Program-made: the position numbers and the translations under genes
In this document: positions 51,657-64,000 of the stretch, one piece after another
How the letters are laid out: each line of letters opens with the position of its first letter
Numbering within the stretch: position 1 is the stretch's first letter
The notes under the pieces: generated by a model
Seen by the model: the letters and a program-made list of their open reading frames with translations, nothing else
The model's database searches: none
What the model was told of the DNA's origin: nothing
Origin: the human T2T-CHM13v2.0 reference genome, Homo sapiens
Length of the DNA stretch: 64,000 bases
Assembly: GCF_009914755.1 (NCBI RefSeq)
Contig: NC_060932.1
Reading direction: 5' to 3' (one strand)

Positions 51657-54600
51657 ATAGTATTTTTATAAATAAATGCTTACGCATATGTCTTAGAAGT
51701 TTGTTAGCAAAGTAGGGCAAGGAAAACTTTTGTCTCAAGCTCAGAGTATAATAATTACCTATAAGATACCCTCATATTTACTCTGCATTCAGGGGTTGGT
51801 AAACTTGGAAATATTGAATGCCTTTAGTTTAAAAAACTCAAGCTTTAGATTTAGAAAACACCAGAATCTATTAATTCACATTCAAAGAAGCCCACCTCTC
51901 CTTAAGAGGCACCTGCCATTAAACAGTAGAATCAGCCTTTGTTAGCACTTGTCCAACAAAAATTGTTACTTACCTAGAAGACGTTGCCTTTCTGCGGATT
52001 TGTGTACTTAAGTGATCATCAATTTGTCTATGCTTCATTTCTCCTCGATTTAGAACTAAGGAGACAGGCAAGGACAGGGAAATGGACAGACTGATTGATT
52101 GACTGATTGATTTGTTAATAATGGTTTTTACTTAATTTCCCTTATTGGCTTTGGAACTCCAGTTCACCGTCATATCATTGGGGCATACTTGTGGCCACCT
52201 GTATTATATTGCTTATGGATACTTGCTAGCATTCCCTGTTCTTTCCCTCTTGACCACATAAATTCCCATTAGAAAATGTCCCCTGATACTGCTGATTCAG
52301 TTGTCTTTATCCTGTTTCCTTTATATACATCATGTTCCTTCTCTCCCAGCAACAAAAGCCCTGCATGCCCTTGTTGGCTGACACTAGCAATGTTAAATGC
52401 TCATCTATAGTGATTATGGGCTAGGATTAAACCAGCCCTGGAGGTGAACATTGTGTTAGGTTGCACCTGAGGTCCAGTTATCAATGATTGTTAACATTTC
52501 TTTTCCCTGGTTACCATTTGAATCAAATTTTTTATTGAACTTAATGTTTTACATTTTTTCTTATACTGATTTCCAGAGTTTTATGTCCATAATACGATTT
52601 CTAATTTGTTAAAGGGGGAAATGTGCCATATATTTCTCTGGGGTCTACTGCAGTGAATGGGCACTTGGGTGACTTAAATATTTATTTGGCTTAGATGATG
52701 CCTCAGCCCACAGAGATTATATACCTAGGAACTGCTGCCTTTCAGACTCCTCTTTAGTAAGCAACCTTAATTCAAGTTCATCTGTTCTGAATAAACTGTG
52801 TTTAGCATTTTAGATGTAGTTCTATTACCAGATGTAACACAATTTATCTTGTGACATAATTCCTATTGCCCCAGATTTCTGTAGAGAAGTTACAGTTTTT
52901 CAGTCTTAACTAATCCCAGAACGAGGACTAGTCCGGTCAGCCTGCACTGCTTCCTCAGCCCTGGCATCCCATTTAATTCAATTAATTCAATTCAACAGTT
53001 CATAGTCCTCATTGCCTCTAGCCCAGGTTTCTCCCAACCTGGAGTTCACCATCTCATTTATCTTCAGCAGGTCTGATTGGGCCTTTATAGCTTTCGGGAC
53101 TGTTCTCTTTCCGTTCCCAAGCCTTTGCTCAGCAAACTCCCAACCCTTTGGGATAGCTGACTCTCAGGCCCTGGCTTCCCCTCCCTCCAGTGCTGCCCCT
53201 GTGATCTTTTTAGACAAAATCATGGTCCCATCTTTCCCTGTTTAAAATTCTCGTTTATCTAATAAATACTTTAAAACATATCACCTTTCTCCTGCTTTAC
53301 TTGATAACTTAGCTGTAATTCTTCACAAGGATTGTGACTTTCCATAAAACGAAATTAGTATGGTATGAAAGATAACACCAAAGCTGGTTGACATCGGTAT
53401 TTCAGTAGATGCCTGTCACCTATAGGAAAGTACTAGCTGGACTCCAGCGTCCTTTGTAATGGAGTAAGTCTACTTTCCCACCTCTATCCCTCCCTCCATA
53501 CACAGCACACCCAACACCCAACACCCAGCAGGCCCCGGCAGCTCACGTGTCCCATACCTAGGCAGGGCTGCCATCTCTCAGACTGGAAGGCACCTCCCGC
53601 CACCTCCTGCCCACACATGACACCACCCTTGGCATCCTTCACAATCCATTTGGATGGTTCCCTTCCAAGATACCTTTCTCAATTGTTCCAAGAAGCACAG
53701 AGGAAGAAATGTTTATATCCTTCCAAATACTTGTTATTATTGTATCTAACATGTCATAATATTAGTTTCTGTATCAGCTTCTTGAGGCCAGTTATCTGAG
53801 TCATCCCAGGATAGACATCCAGTAAATGCTGAATGAATGGAATGCATGAAATCATTTATTCAATAAGAACTTAAAATTTATCACCATTCTTTTCCTTTAG
53901 TTGATGTCTCACCCATAATTCTTAACAAGGATCATAACTTTCTATAAAATAGATGAATGTGGTATTAAAGATAATACCTAAGCTACTTAACATTGGTCTA
54001 CCATGTAACCTGGGATTAAACTTTTTATTGGGAGAGATGATCCTTAAACAGTGACTCATCTAAACATGAACCTATAGGTCTTTATTTAAGGACTCATATT
54101 AAAAGTAATGAGGGAGAAGATGGGAGGGGGAGAGGGACAATTAACCTAGAAGCCTTAGGAATCATAATAAAGGTTAGATATTCCTGGCTGCCTGACCCCA
54201 GGGAGAAAGACTTGTCTAAAAGATTGTAGGCAAGTGAATGGACTTTGCTTTGGTTTCCTGAAGTTACCACCCCTCTGGTCAAATTCCTGTACTCAAATAT
54301 TAAATTGAGACAGAATCGGAGTCAGAGTCCAGAAATTCTTTGGAGTGCAAACTTTTTTTTTTTTTTTTTTTAAACTCAGGGCTTTCCTGATACTTCCTGC
54401 TGTTAAGACTTTGTCTCTTTGGGTAGTTCCCTATCCTAGCTGAAACAATGCTCTGCAGAAGAAGCCAAGGTGTTTGAAAACTTGATTGGGATTTTAGATA
54501 TTTGCTGATGGTCTCAATAGCCCTCTGTAGCCAACACTCTGCAAGGGGAGAGGGAAGTCGCTGCCAGTGGACCCTGTGGGTCAGGCTGAGACTCCCCCCT

Positions 54601-55639
54601 CACGTTACCTGAGTCACTGGCCTACTCTGTCATATCATCTTGCTCATTCTTGCCACCTACTATGGCAGGTGGATGCCTGCTGTGTGTCAGGGCATTGTGC
54701 CAGGCACTAGAGCTACCTTGGGGAAATGAGGTGGGACTTGTGCCCTGGGGAGCTTTCTTATTTTAATCTGTACATTTGGTATTTTCACAATATGTGGTCA
54801 GTGCTATGCTGGAGCACCTCCTAAGTTTAGCAGAGAGCGAGGAAGACTTTGCCTCCCTAAGCTTGTCTGTTTGTGTCCTTATTGGAGAATGCATAATAGC
54901 AATCTTGACCTACAGCCAGCATTCCAGAAGCCCTCATACCTACTTCCACTCTGCCTCTATTTGTGTGTGACTGTGGGCAAGATAAACCAAGAGCTTAATT
55001 TTCCTCATCCTTCAAACAAAGATAATATTGGCTCTGCCTTCCCCCACAGAACTGTGGAACTGTTAAATAAAACACCAGCTGTGAAAGTTCTTTGGAGTGT
55101 TCAGGGCACTGCAGACTGGGGCATTTTGTTGTTAGTAGCTGCAGTAGACCCAGGAAAGAAGTCAAGGCGGTGTCACAGCATCACAATGGAAAGCTTTAAG
55201 TCTTCATATTTGTTGTTGCTGTGAACAAGCAACATGTCTTAGTTGAGCAAGTACCCTTAGGCCAGGAAGAGTCAAGATGAGGATTGGGCAGCCCAGACCA
55301 CAAGTCATGATCTTTCCTGAGAAGCAGGAACCACACTGCAGCCTCACAAAGCCGTAGGAGACAATTACAATCCCACCAAGGGGCCAATCACAGGTGAATA
55401 CCCAGGCTTTTTTGAGGTTTGTCAGAGACAGTTCCTACATATGAAAAACATTTCCTTCAGGGCAAGGCTATACTAAGATAATGTCTCATTGTCCTTTTTT
55501 ATCTTGATCCACTCAAGAATAAGGGCCATGTCTCTTTATCTCAGACCTCAAAGAGTCCCTACCCAATGATAGGCATTAACTAGAAGAAGGAATGAGTGGA
55601 CGTAAATGAAGGGCATTCAAACGTTGTGAACTCATGATA

Positions 55640-55810
55640 GTAACGGACACTTTCTCTGTGCCAGGCACTGTTTTAAGTGCTTTACATGTTTTAAGTTATT
55701 TAATCCTCACACAACCCTATGAGGTAGAACTATTACCATCCTCTGTTTACTGAGGAGGAAACTGGGGCACTGAGAGGTTAAGTAATCTGCCCAAGGTCAC
55801 ACAGGCTGGT
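55640..55810 (-). mobile_element. MIR SINE
   Basis: tgtgccaggcactg...tttaatcctcac...gaggaaactggggcactgagaggttaagtaatctgcccaaggtcacac. Confidence 0.85.
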
Positions 55811-56749
55811 GGTCTGGCCCCAGCCTGTACCAGTCACTGCACTGTATGGTCTCCTGTAGGGGAAATAGCTTGTACTTTGGGGCCAGACCCTATCAGTAAA
55901 ATGCAGATTATGATCATTTCCTGCTATAGAGTGTTACAAAGATTCAGAGAGCTAACATGCAAAGCCACTAGAATATAGTGGCTGTCCATGGATACTAGAT
56001 CTTGTCCCTCATTTGGGGTCCACTCATGTGGACTCTGCAGCCAAGTTCTATTTCATGATTAACTATGGAAACTTCAGCATGTGGTTAAATCTCTGGATTA
56101 TTCGGGGTTCAGAGAGGAGGGACTCACACCAGACCTTATAGAATGGCCCTGTGTGCTCAGGTTGCCCTGTGGCCAGAGGGGAGTTTGGCATCCTCACCTG
56201 TCAGGCATTCTGTTCTTTTTGTGCACCACCACCACAGACTGGTAAGGGGCTGTTCTAAATGAGGTGGGGACACCCTCTCTGCTCTCGAAACTCACAGTAG
56301 AGTGTGACATTGGGGCCTTTAGTCTGATAGGACTCACATGGCTTCGTAAACTCACTCTCCTATCCCCTAATCTTTGATTGCAGAAGTTTGATCTTCCCAT
56401 ACTGCATATTTTCAGTTTATCCAAAGACCTCACTGTCTTTCATTAATACATTTTTTCCTAATTAGACAAATATAAAACTGCCAACTTTTCAGAACCACCT
56501 GCTATTTTATTCCGTTTAATCAACATTTTCCCACCTCTGAAACTAGGCCATCCATTTGATCCTCTTTTTCTAATAAAATTGCTCAAAATTTACAAAACTG
56601 CCATTTCATTGGTTTTACAACCTAATATATTACCCATTTAGTTATAAATTTAGTGCTGATGTACCTTTTCAAGCATTTTGATTGGTAGATAATTTTAAAT
56701 AGAGACTAATTTACTGATTTGCCATGGCCATTTATTTGTGGTTAATAAC

Positions 56750-57900
56750 CCATTAATTAAAATTTTAGTTAATGTTTTTAAAGAGAATGATGTATTCACG
56801 TCGCTTGAAGTCCAAGATACATCAAAGGGTATGTGGTGAATACCTCTCTCCATACTTCTCCCCAGCCCCTCATTTTTCCTCTTTGGAGAAAACCAGTGTC
56901 ACCATTTTTTTGGGTGGATTTCCAGTGACATCCTGTGCAAGCATAAGCATAAATTATAAGCTACATACCCATACACATTCCCCACCTTGTTTTGCACAAA
57001 TAGTTGCTTATTATACCTACTATTCTGCAATTTGCTTTATTTACTTAATGATATCTTTTAAATTATTATGAATCAGTTGATTCTTAAAAAGCTTCCTTGT
57101 TTTTTTAAATGGCTGCCCAGCTTCCCATCACAAGACTGGACCATAATTTCTTTACTCGGTCTCTTTTTGGTGGACATTTAGATTGCTTCCAACTTTTTAA
57201 GAATACATGTAATGCCATGTGAACAATCTGGGATATATGTCATTTTTGCATGAATGAGAGTTTATCTAAAGGATAAATACCCGAAAGTAAAATTGCTGAG
57301 TCACAGAGCATATGCATTTGTAGACTTAAAATAATGCCAAATTGCCCTCCATAAAGGTGATTTATTTATACTGCTACCAGCAATGTATGAGCATGCCTAT
57401 TTTCCTGTTTCTTCATATCCTCCCCAGCTCAGTCATTAAAGTTTTACCTTTATCAATAAGGTAGATTTTAAAAACAGTTTCTATTTTAACTTACCATGAG
57501 TGAGGCTGACCATCTTTTCACTTCTGAGAGCCTTAGATTTTTTACTCTGTGAACAAACCCTTCATATCCTTTGCCCGTTTTTCAATAAGGTAGACTTTTA
57601 AAACGGTCACTATTTTTAACTTACCATGAGTGAGGTTGACCATCTTTTCACTTCTGAGAGCCTTAGATTTTTTACTCTCTGAACAAACTCTTCATATGCT
57701 TTGCCCATTTTTCTATTTAGATTTTTTTACTTTGTGAACAAACTTCATATCTTTTGCCCGTTTTTCTATTTGTTTTTCTGTGTTAATTTGTTCTTCCTGT
57801 TAGTTGATTTTGGGGAAAATGCTTTGCATATTAAGGAAATTAGTCTTCTGTCTTGATATGAGTTATAAATTTTTTTCCCCCAAGTTTACCTCTTTTCCTT
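56750..57900 (-). mobile_element. Old L1ME fragment, antisense, containing a local tandem duplication
   Basis: tggacatttagattgcttccaact...aaattgctgagtcacagag...ccagcaatgtatgag. Confidence 0.75.
57453..57771. repeat. Tandem duplication, period about 129 bp, two copies plus a partial third
   Basis: tcaataaggtaga...cttaccatgagtgagg...ttgccc repeated at 57453 and 57582; 3' part repeated again at 57717. Confidence 0.93.
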
Positions 57901-59016
57901 CGATTTTGTTACTGATTTCTTTGCCATGTGAATTTACCACTTCATGATTGTTGATTGTTTTGTTTTGTTTTGAGGTTCATTTATTTTTTTAATTCTCCAA
58001 TTTCTTCCAGTATTTTTTAAAATTTTTTGAATCTTTAATTTTAATTTTTTGAATCTTCCAGAATATATTTATTATAAAGTATGAGTTACAGAATGAACCT
58101 TCTTTTCCCATGCAACAGTTGTTAATTTCAGCTTTGCTTTTATTTTGTAACCTACATATTGTGTGTCCTGTCAATGTCTTTTATACCAACCCTGTGCCTC
58201 TAACATAAGTCAGGCTGATTTAGGATGACAGATCATTTTTTCATGAGATAGCTTGGCTTGGGGGAACAATCATTGTCTTCAGTGTCTAGCAGACCTGGTT
58301 TTGAATGCCAGCTTAGCAATGTCTTACCTACACAACCTCAGACAAGTTACTTAATCTTTCTGAACTTTTGCAACCTCATTTTGTAAAATGTGGTTGATAA
58401 TACTTCCATTTCGCAAACTTGTGATCATTAGGGATAATGTTTATAAACTGCCTGGTCAGTGCCTGGCACACAGTAGATAGATAAATGGGAGCTATTAATG
58501 TTGTCATCATCATTCCCGATGTCAATTATGTGATGTCAGTCTGAATGAGGACATTGTGTGCCCTCAGTGTGCAGCCATTCTTAAGTAAAAACTGGTGTTC
58601 CTGGAAATTGGATGTTGAGCCTCCCTACCTAAGCCAGAAGGCATCACAGGTACCCTAGTAAAGATCAGGCTGGCATTTTGAGGGCCACATTTATAACCTC
58701 TGGGCAGATATTCAGTTGTTAGGTGTCTATTAAAAGTGCACTTCACTGGAAGGTAAAGTGTGTCTGATTATATAGTCTGGTTTTATAATCAGGTCTGTGA
58801 AATTAACAGTCAGCATTAGTTTGTTAGTGCCGTTTGGACACATAATGATCTAAGAATTATTGTATGATCTGTATAAATCTCTTATTTCAGAACCTATGTT
58901 CAATCCTGTCATACATCTGGCAGTCCCCCAGTTTTTAGAACATGGAAATCTTCCTTCCTCTAGGTTTTCTATTTGGATCTGAAAGTAAATGCTCAATGTT
59001 GTTTTTCTATTTTCAG

Positions 59017-59108
59017 GGATGACTCTGTTCCAGAAGACAACATCTGGAGAGGCATCCTCTCTGTTATTTTCTTCTTTCTTATCATCAGTGTGTTAGCTTT
59101 CCCCAATG
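59017..59108 (+). CDS. PTDSS1: PTDSS1 coding exon 2 ([31 protein letters not shown]); gene continues beyond the window
   Basis: TTTTCAG acceptor, GTAAGT donor, 92 nt, in phase with exon 1, encodes a transmembrane segment. Confidence 0.96.
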
Positions 59109-60162
59109 GTAAGTAATGTCATGCATTACCACATTTCTCCTATATTGTGCCTTTCTGGTTTTTTTGAGATGTGAGTCATCTAGAAGATGAAGTAAAGAAA
59201 TAATCTGAGTTTTGTGTAGTGGTTAGGGGCACAGGCTCTGGAGGCAGACTGCCCATTCTGCCACTTCCTAGCCCCAGAGAAGCCTCCTAAGAGTGCTGAG
59301 AATACTTCAGTTTCCTTCTATAAAATGGAGAGAGCAGACAGGTACGGTTGTGAGGGTTAACTAAATGGGTGCACGTTAAACACTATGAACATGACTGACA
59401 AATTATAAGCTCTCAATAAATGTGGTTGTTTTTGTTGCTGTTTTTGTTATTATCAGTTGAGTCATAAAATACTCCATTACTGCTGAGTTCTTCCTTTTTG
59501 CTAAGGACAGGGTCAATGCTGTAATGAGTATTACTTAAATAAGTTGTCCCAAGTGATCTTTTATCACCATAAACTTTGCTGATTATGCATTTAGGATATG
59601 AATTTTCATCAGCAGGAAAAAAAGACAATGATTTCTGTGAATTTTACCCCCATCATGATTATGGAGTGAGTGAGGCAAAGCTTTTGTTTAAAAAGTAAGT
59701 TTGGTGTTCTGCCATGCTCATAATTCATCCCTTTCCTCCAAATTCTTCCTTAAAAGTTGTTTTCTTTTCTCTTATTCCCTTTCAGTACCTTTCCACTAGA
59801 ATATTCTCTACTTGTTCGCCGTAGCCGTAGCCACTTCTAAACGCTCACTCTTGTCTTCTATTTTTTTTTTTTTTAACACCTATGACATTTGGAAATTGTT
59901 CCAGTCTTTCTTAGGGGTTATTCTCCATGGGCCGGACGTACTCGGGTTTTAAATATCATGCTTTAAGATGCATTTCTTTTGTAACCGCTCATGCTATTCA
60001 GTAGGCTATCATGTGTAATATAAGAAGCTCATTATGAATGTTATCAGATGCTACCTGGAAATGTTCCATGTCAAGGCCTTCAGGCTTCCTAAGATGGTGG
60101 CAGTGGAATTTTGTCCTATTTTTTGAGATACGAGTCATCTAGAAGATAGAGTAGAAAAAACA

Positions 60163-60483
<321 letters not shown>

Positions 60484-60875
60484 TTAGGAGCGTCACTCTG
60501 GAGGCAGACTCATACGTAGCACTGCGTTTACAAGAACGTAGTGGTTTTAGTATGTAGCAGACTAGCATAATAATCATGCTGATAAAACCATGACTCTGAA
60601 TCTCTCAGAGAATGAATTGTTCTACATAGCCAAGTTATTTGGGAGCTGAGTTTAGCTCTCCAACCACTCAAGCTTTTAGGTGAAAAAGAATTTTTTAATG
60701 AAAATCTGCATACCTTATGCAGATATGTCAAATGTAGTTTGGCTTTTCCATAGGGATTGATGGTTCTGGTAGTGCACAATTATCACGGTATGAAGACAAG
60801 TTGTGCATAATATGGGTAAGTCATGGAATAAAGGGGTGTTGACCCTGCTATTGAATTTTTAATTAAAAAAAAAAA

Positions 60876-61155
60876 TTTTAGAGATGGAGTCTTGCTGTGT
60901 TACCCAGGCTGGAGTGCAATAGCTATTCACAAGTGTGGTTATAGGGCACTACATCCTCAAACTCCTGGGCTCAGGCAATCCTTCCGCCTCAGCCTCCTGA
61001 GCAGCTGGGACTGCAGGGATACATCACCACACCCAGCTAATTTTTTATATTTTTTGTAGATAGAGATGGGGTCTCACTATGTTGCCCAGACTGGTCTTAA
61101 ACTCTTGGCATCAGGCAATCCTCCATCCTCAGCTGCCTGAGCAGCTGGGATTCCT
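60876..61155 (-). mobile_element. AluJ, antisense
   Basis: ctcaaactcctgggctcaggcaatcc. Confidence 0.88.
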
Positions 61156-62673
61156 GCTATCAAATTTACTGAAAAAAATCCCTGACGTCAAACAGCTTTT
61201 TGGCTATTTGCCAACTTTCCCTTCCCTCTCATTGAATTTTACGTTAGAGGAGTGCTTGGGTCTTATGTAGACCCTCCTCTCCTTCAAGAGTGCCGTATTG
61301 TATATGATATGGCATAAGTGGCCAGCCAAGGGTGGGTTCCCTGAGCTCTTTCTGTACAAAGGTGGCCTAAGAATACATCTCAAAGCAAGGAAATGGCAAA
61401 CTCTATCTCAGGTTACATACCAACGCAAGGCTGACCACCACCAAAGCAGACATTTGGAGCCTCTAAAACATGACTAGGTGACTATTCAGATGGTAGTGAC
61501 AGTTTATTCCCCATTCCCCTCAGCCATTCTACCTTCTGTATCCCGTGATCTGCTGCCTTCTTCTTTGTCATCACTCAATGCCATGACCATTATTGGTCTG
61601 TGCCCTCTATTCCTACTTTTCTCTTATTTCTCTTATGTCCTCTGTCCTTTTTGTTCCCTTATCAGTCAATCAGAGCATGATACGTGCATATGTCCTCAGG
61701 AAACTGATCAGTGCACAGGTATCAGGTCTGTTCTTTAAGTCTTCAGCTTTCCTTGACCTGTGTTATTTGTTGCTTAGTTCTCAAGGGTTACTTTTTCGTG
61801 GCTTTGAAAGTTTCTTTTTGGCTCCTTATGAAAAATTTGCTGTTTCTGAGCCCAGAGCTGTTTTAGAAGTGTGAGGATTCTAAAAGATTAGTCTCTCAAT
61901 AGTTGTGATTTGTACAGGCGTCCCTTCTCTAAGTCTTTAGCGGGAGCTGAGTATTGGGGCTTCATTAGCTGATGTTTTTCTTGAGGTACCAAAGGCACTG
62001 AAGGTTAGGGGATTAAATCTATTTGATGTAACACTTTGTGTGATTTCTTCTGGCTTTGCCTCTGTTCCCCAATGAAGTCCTCTAATCTTCAAAGTTGACT
62101 TCAGCTGCTCAATCTCTCATTGTGGGACTGTGCTTTTGTTTTGATTCTGGAAAGATAAAACTGAAGCTCGGTTTCCTTATCCTGGCTGCATGGACTTTGT
62201 GATACGCACAAAGGGAGGAGGAGCCACAGAGCTCATCTAGTTCAGCCAGCTCAGTTTACCAGTGAGAAGGCTGAAACGTGCCACCATGTCCCCCAGCCTT
62301 TGATGTCAGCCTGTTCGCAGGGCCACAGCTGTGCATTTCCCTTCCGCGGTGCTGCTCTGGTCATATCTCATATTAGGTCCATTGCAAGGTGCTTTATCTC
62401 TGGCTTTCTCCATAATATGTTTTCTGTCTCCTGCTGTTTCTCTTTTTTTCTGTCAGTCTCTGGCTTGTCTTTTCCCCCATGGTGGGATCTTAGTTGGCCT
62501 GGACCTAGCGTGCTTTGCATCCCACAAAGGAGGTGGGTGGTGACTGAGTTGATGCTCCTCTGTTGCTCATGTGTTGTCTGTGACTGGCAGGAACTGACAC
62601 ATTGATCTGAGCCTTCCTACTGTCTCCTGTTTCCACTCTATTTCTGCCCTACCATCCTTTCTTCTCCTCCCGG

Positions 62674-62688
62674 GCACATACACGCGCG

Positions 62689-62729
<41 letters not shown>
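62674..62729. repeat. Alternating purine-pyrimidine (CG)n/(CA)n microsatellite
   Basis: gcacatacacgcgcgcacgcgcgcgcacaca... Confidence 0.95.
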
Positions 62730-62730
<1 letters not shown>

Positions 62731-63569
62731 ACCATTCACCAAAAGGCAGACCATGCCAAAAATAAGGTTTCAGATAGGTATAGAAGGTATAAACAAGGAG
62801 GATGGCAGTTCAGTGTCCTGTGCAGGAGGGATTGGGACATTAGTCAGCAAAGGGAGGACTTGGATTCTCTTCAAGCCATGTATATATAGCAAACATACTG
62901 TGTTTACGTCGTTTGTTTTCTAAAGATCTGTTTATTCATACCTTACCTAAGAGTAGTAAAACTAACTTTTCCACATGAAAGAATGTTATTGAATATTTTC
63001 AAATTAGGGATGGCTTTGGAAGGTGCTAGTGGAGATGGTGGGGAGTTGGGAGGGCCCTGGGCAGGGTGCCCCTGAGGTGCGTGGCCTCCCCTATTAGAGC
63101 CCTCTCTCAGGCCACAGGCCTCCCCAGGAGCCCATGCTGAACGGCTGTCTCTGTGAGTGGAGTGTACATGCCCCTTCACACTCAGTCTTGTCCTCTTATT
63201 TTCCATTCTCCCCACCCTTGGCACATATTCTCAAGTCAAGTAGTGAAAATGAATAGGAAAAATGGAGCCCAAACTTGCCCTCTCCTTCACAGACAGTTTT
63301 GGGGAAGTGCCTGCAGTGGATAGCATGTCCGGAAAAATTTTCTGGCAACTTGAAATGCATTTATCCTTGACCTGTTAAATGCTGCCCTGCACGGCTGTGT
63401 ATAGGCCAAAAGTGGATTGTGTCCATTTGTCTCATCACGTATGTGTGAGTTCATGTATGTTATCTATGTAGTAGACTTGGTCAACTTCTACAGGAAGGGA
63501 GCCTTGTGATTCTTTTTGTAGAGTCTAAATAACAAAAAAGACCTTTGACTTTCTCCATAGGATTTTATA

Positions 63570-63990
63570 ATAGTCAGGATGCTTTTGACTGCAAGTGATA
63601 GAAAACGCATTTCAAAATGGCTTAAACACTAAGGAAATTCGTTATTTTCTTACGTAACAAGACGTTCTGAGATAGGGTGGTTGGCAGACTGGCTTATTCA
63701 GCGGCTCAGTGACCTGTGAAGACCCAGCTTCTTTACCCCTTTCTGTTCTGCCGTCTTCTAGGCTGCAGTCTGCCCTGCTGGCCTTGAGACAGCTCCTGCA
63801 GTGCCAGCCATGTAGTGGCAGGCAATGGCCAGCAGATGAAGAGATCATCTCTTCTCTTGTGTCTTTACTTGAGTAGAGACCCCTTTTCTAGCAATCCTCC
63901 AGCACACTTACATGTCTTTGACTAGGATTGGGCCACATGTCTCTTCTCAACCAGTTCCAAGGACAGAAATTTATAGTGTTTAGAGGAGTA
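63570..63990 (-). mobile_element. Old MLT1 (MLT1J/K-like) LTR
   Basis: tagtcaggatgcttttgactgcaagtgatagaaaac...ggcttaaacactaagg...ggattgggccacatg. Confidence 0.65.
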
Positions 63991-64000
63991 GGTGTTCAAC

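Overview
Human (primate) genomic DNA, recognisable as the chr8q22.1 cluster UQCRB - MTERF3 - PTDSS1. I reconstructed by hand the complete UQCRB CDS (minus strand, 4 exons, 111 aa), the complete MTERF3 CDS (minus strand, non-coding exon 1 plus 7 coding exons, 417 aa) and the first two coding exons of PTDSS1 (plus strand). All junctions are GT-AG and in phase. MTERF3 and PTDSS1 share a head-to-head CpG-island promoter. The rest is intron or intergenic DNA rich in Alu, L1, MIR, MaLR/ERV LTRs and DNA-transposon fossils. I found no new gene system. The most unusual items are: (1) a ~147-unit GAA repeat inside a 494-nt pyrimidine-free tract that replaces the 3' end of an Alu in MTERF3 intron 4, which also creates a giant polypyrimidine tract ending in CAG on the pre-mRNA and an ATG-led poly-Glu/poly-Arg ORF on the other strand; (2) a 114-bp piece of an old MLT1 LTR copied from 1 kb away into a younger Alu (templated insertion); (3) an alternative UQCRB last exon next to a MIR; (4) a TCT/TOP-like, TISU/YY1-like UQCRB start overlapped by an antisense splice donor; (5) a strong CTCF motif. 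Repeat subfamily names and boundaries were assigned by eye and are approximate.
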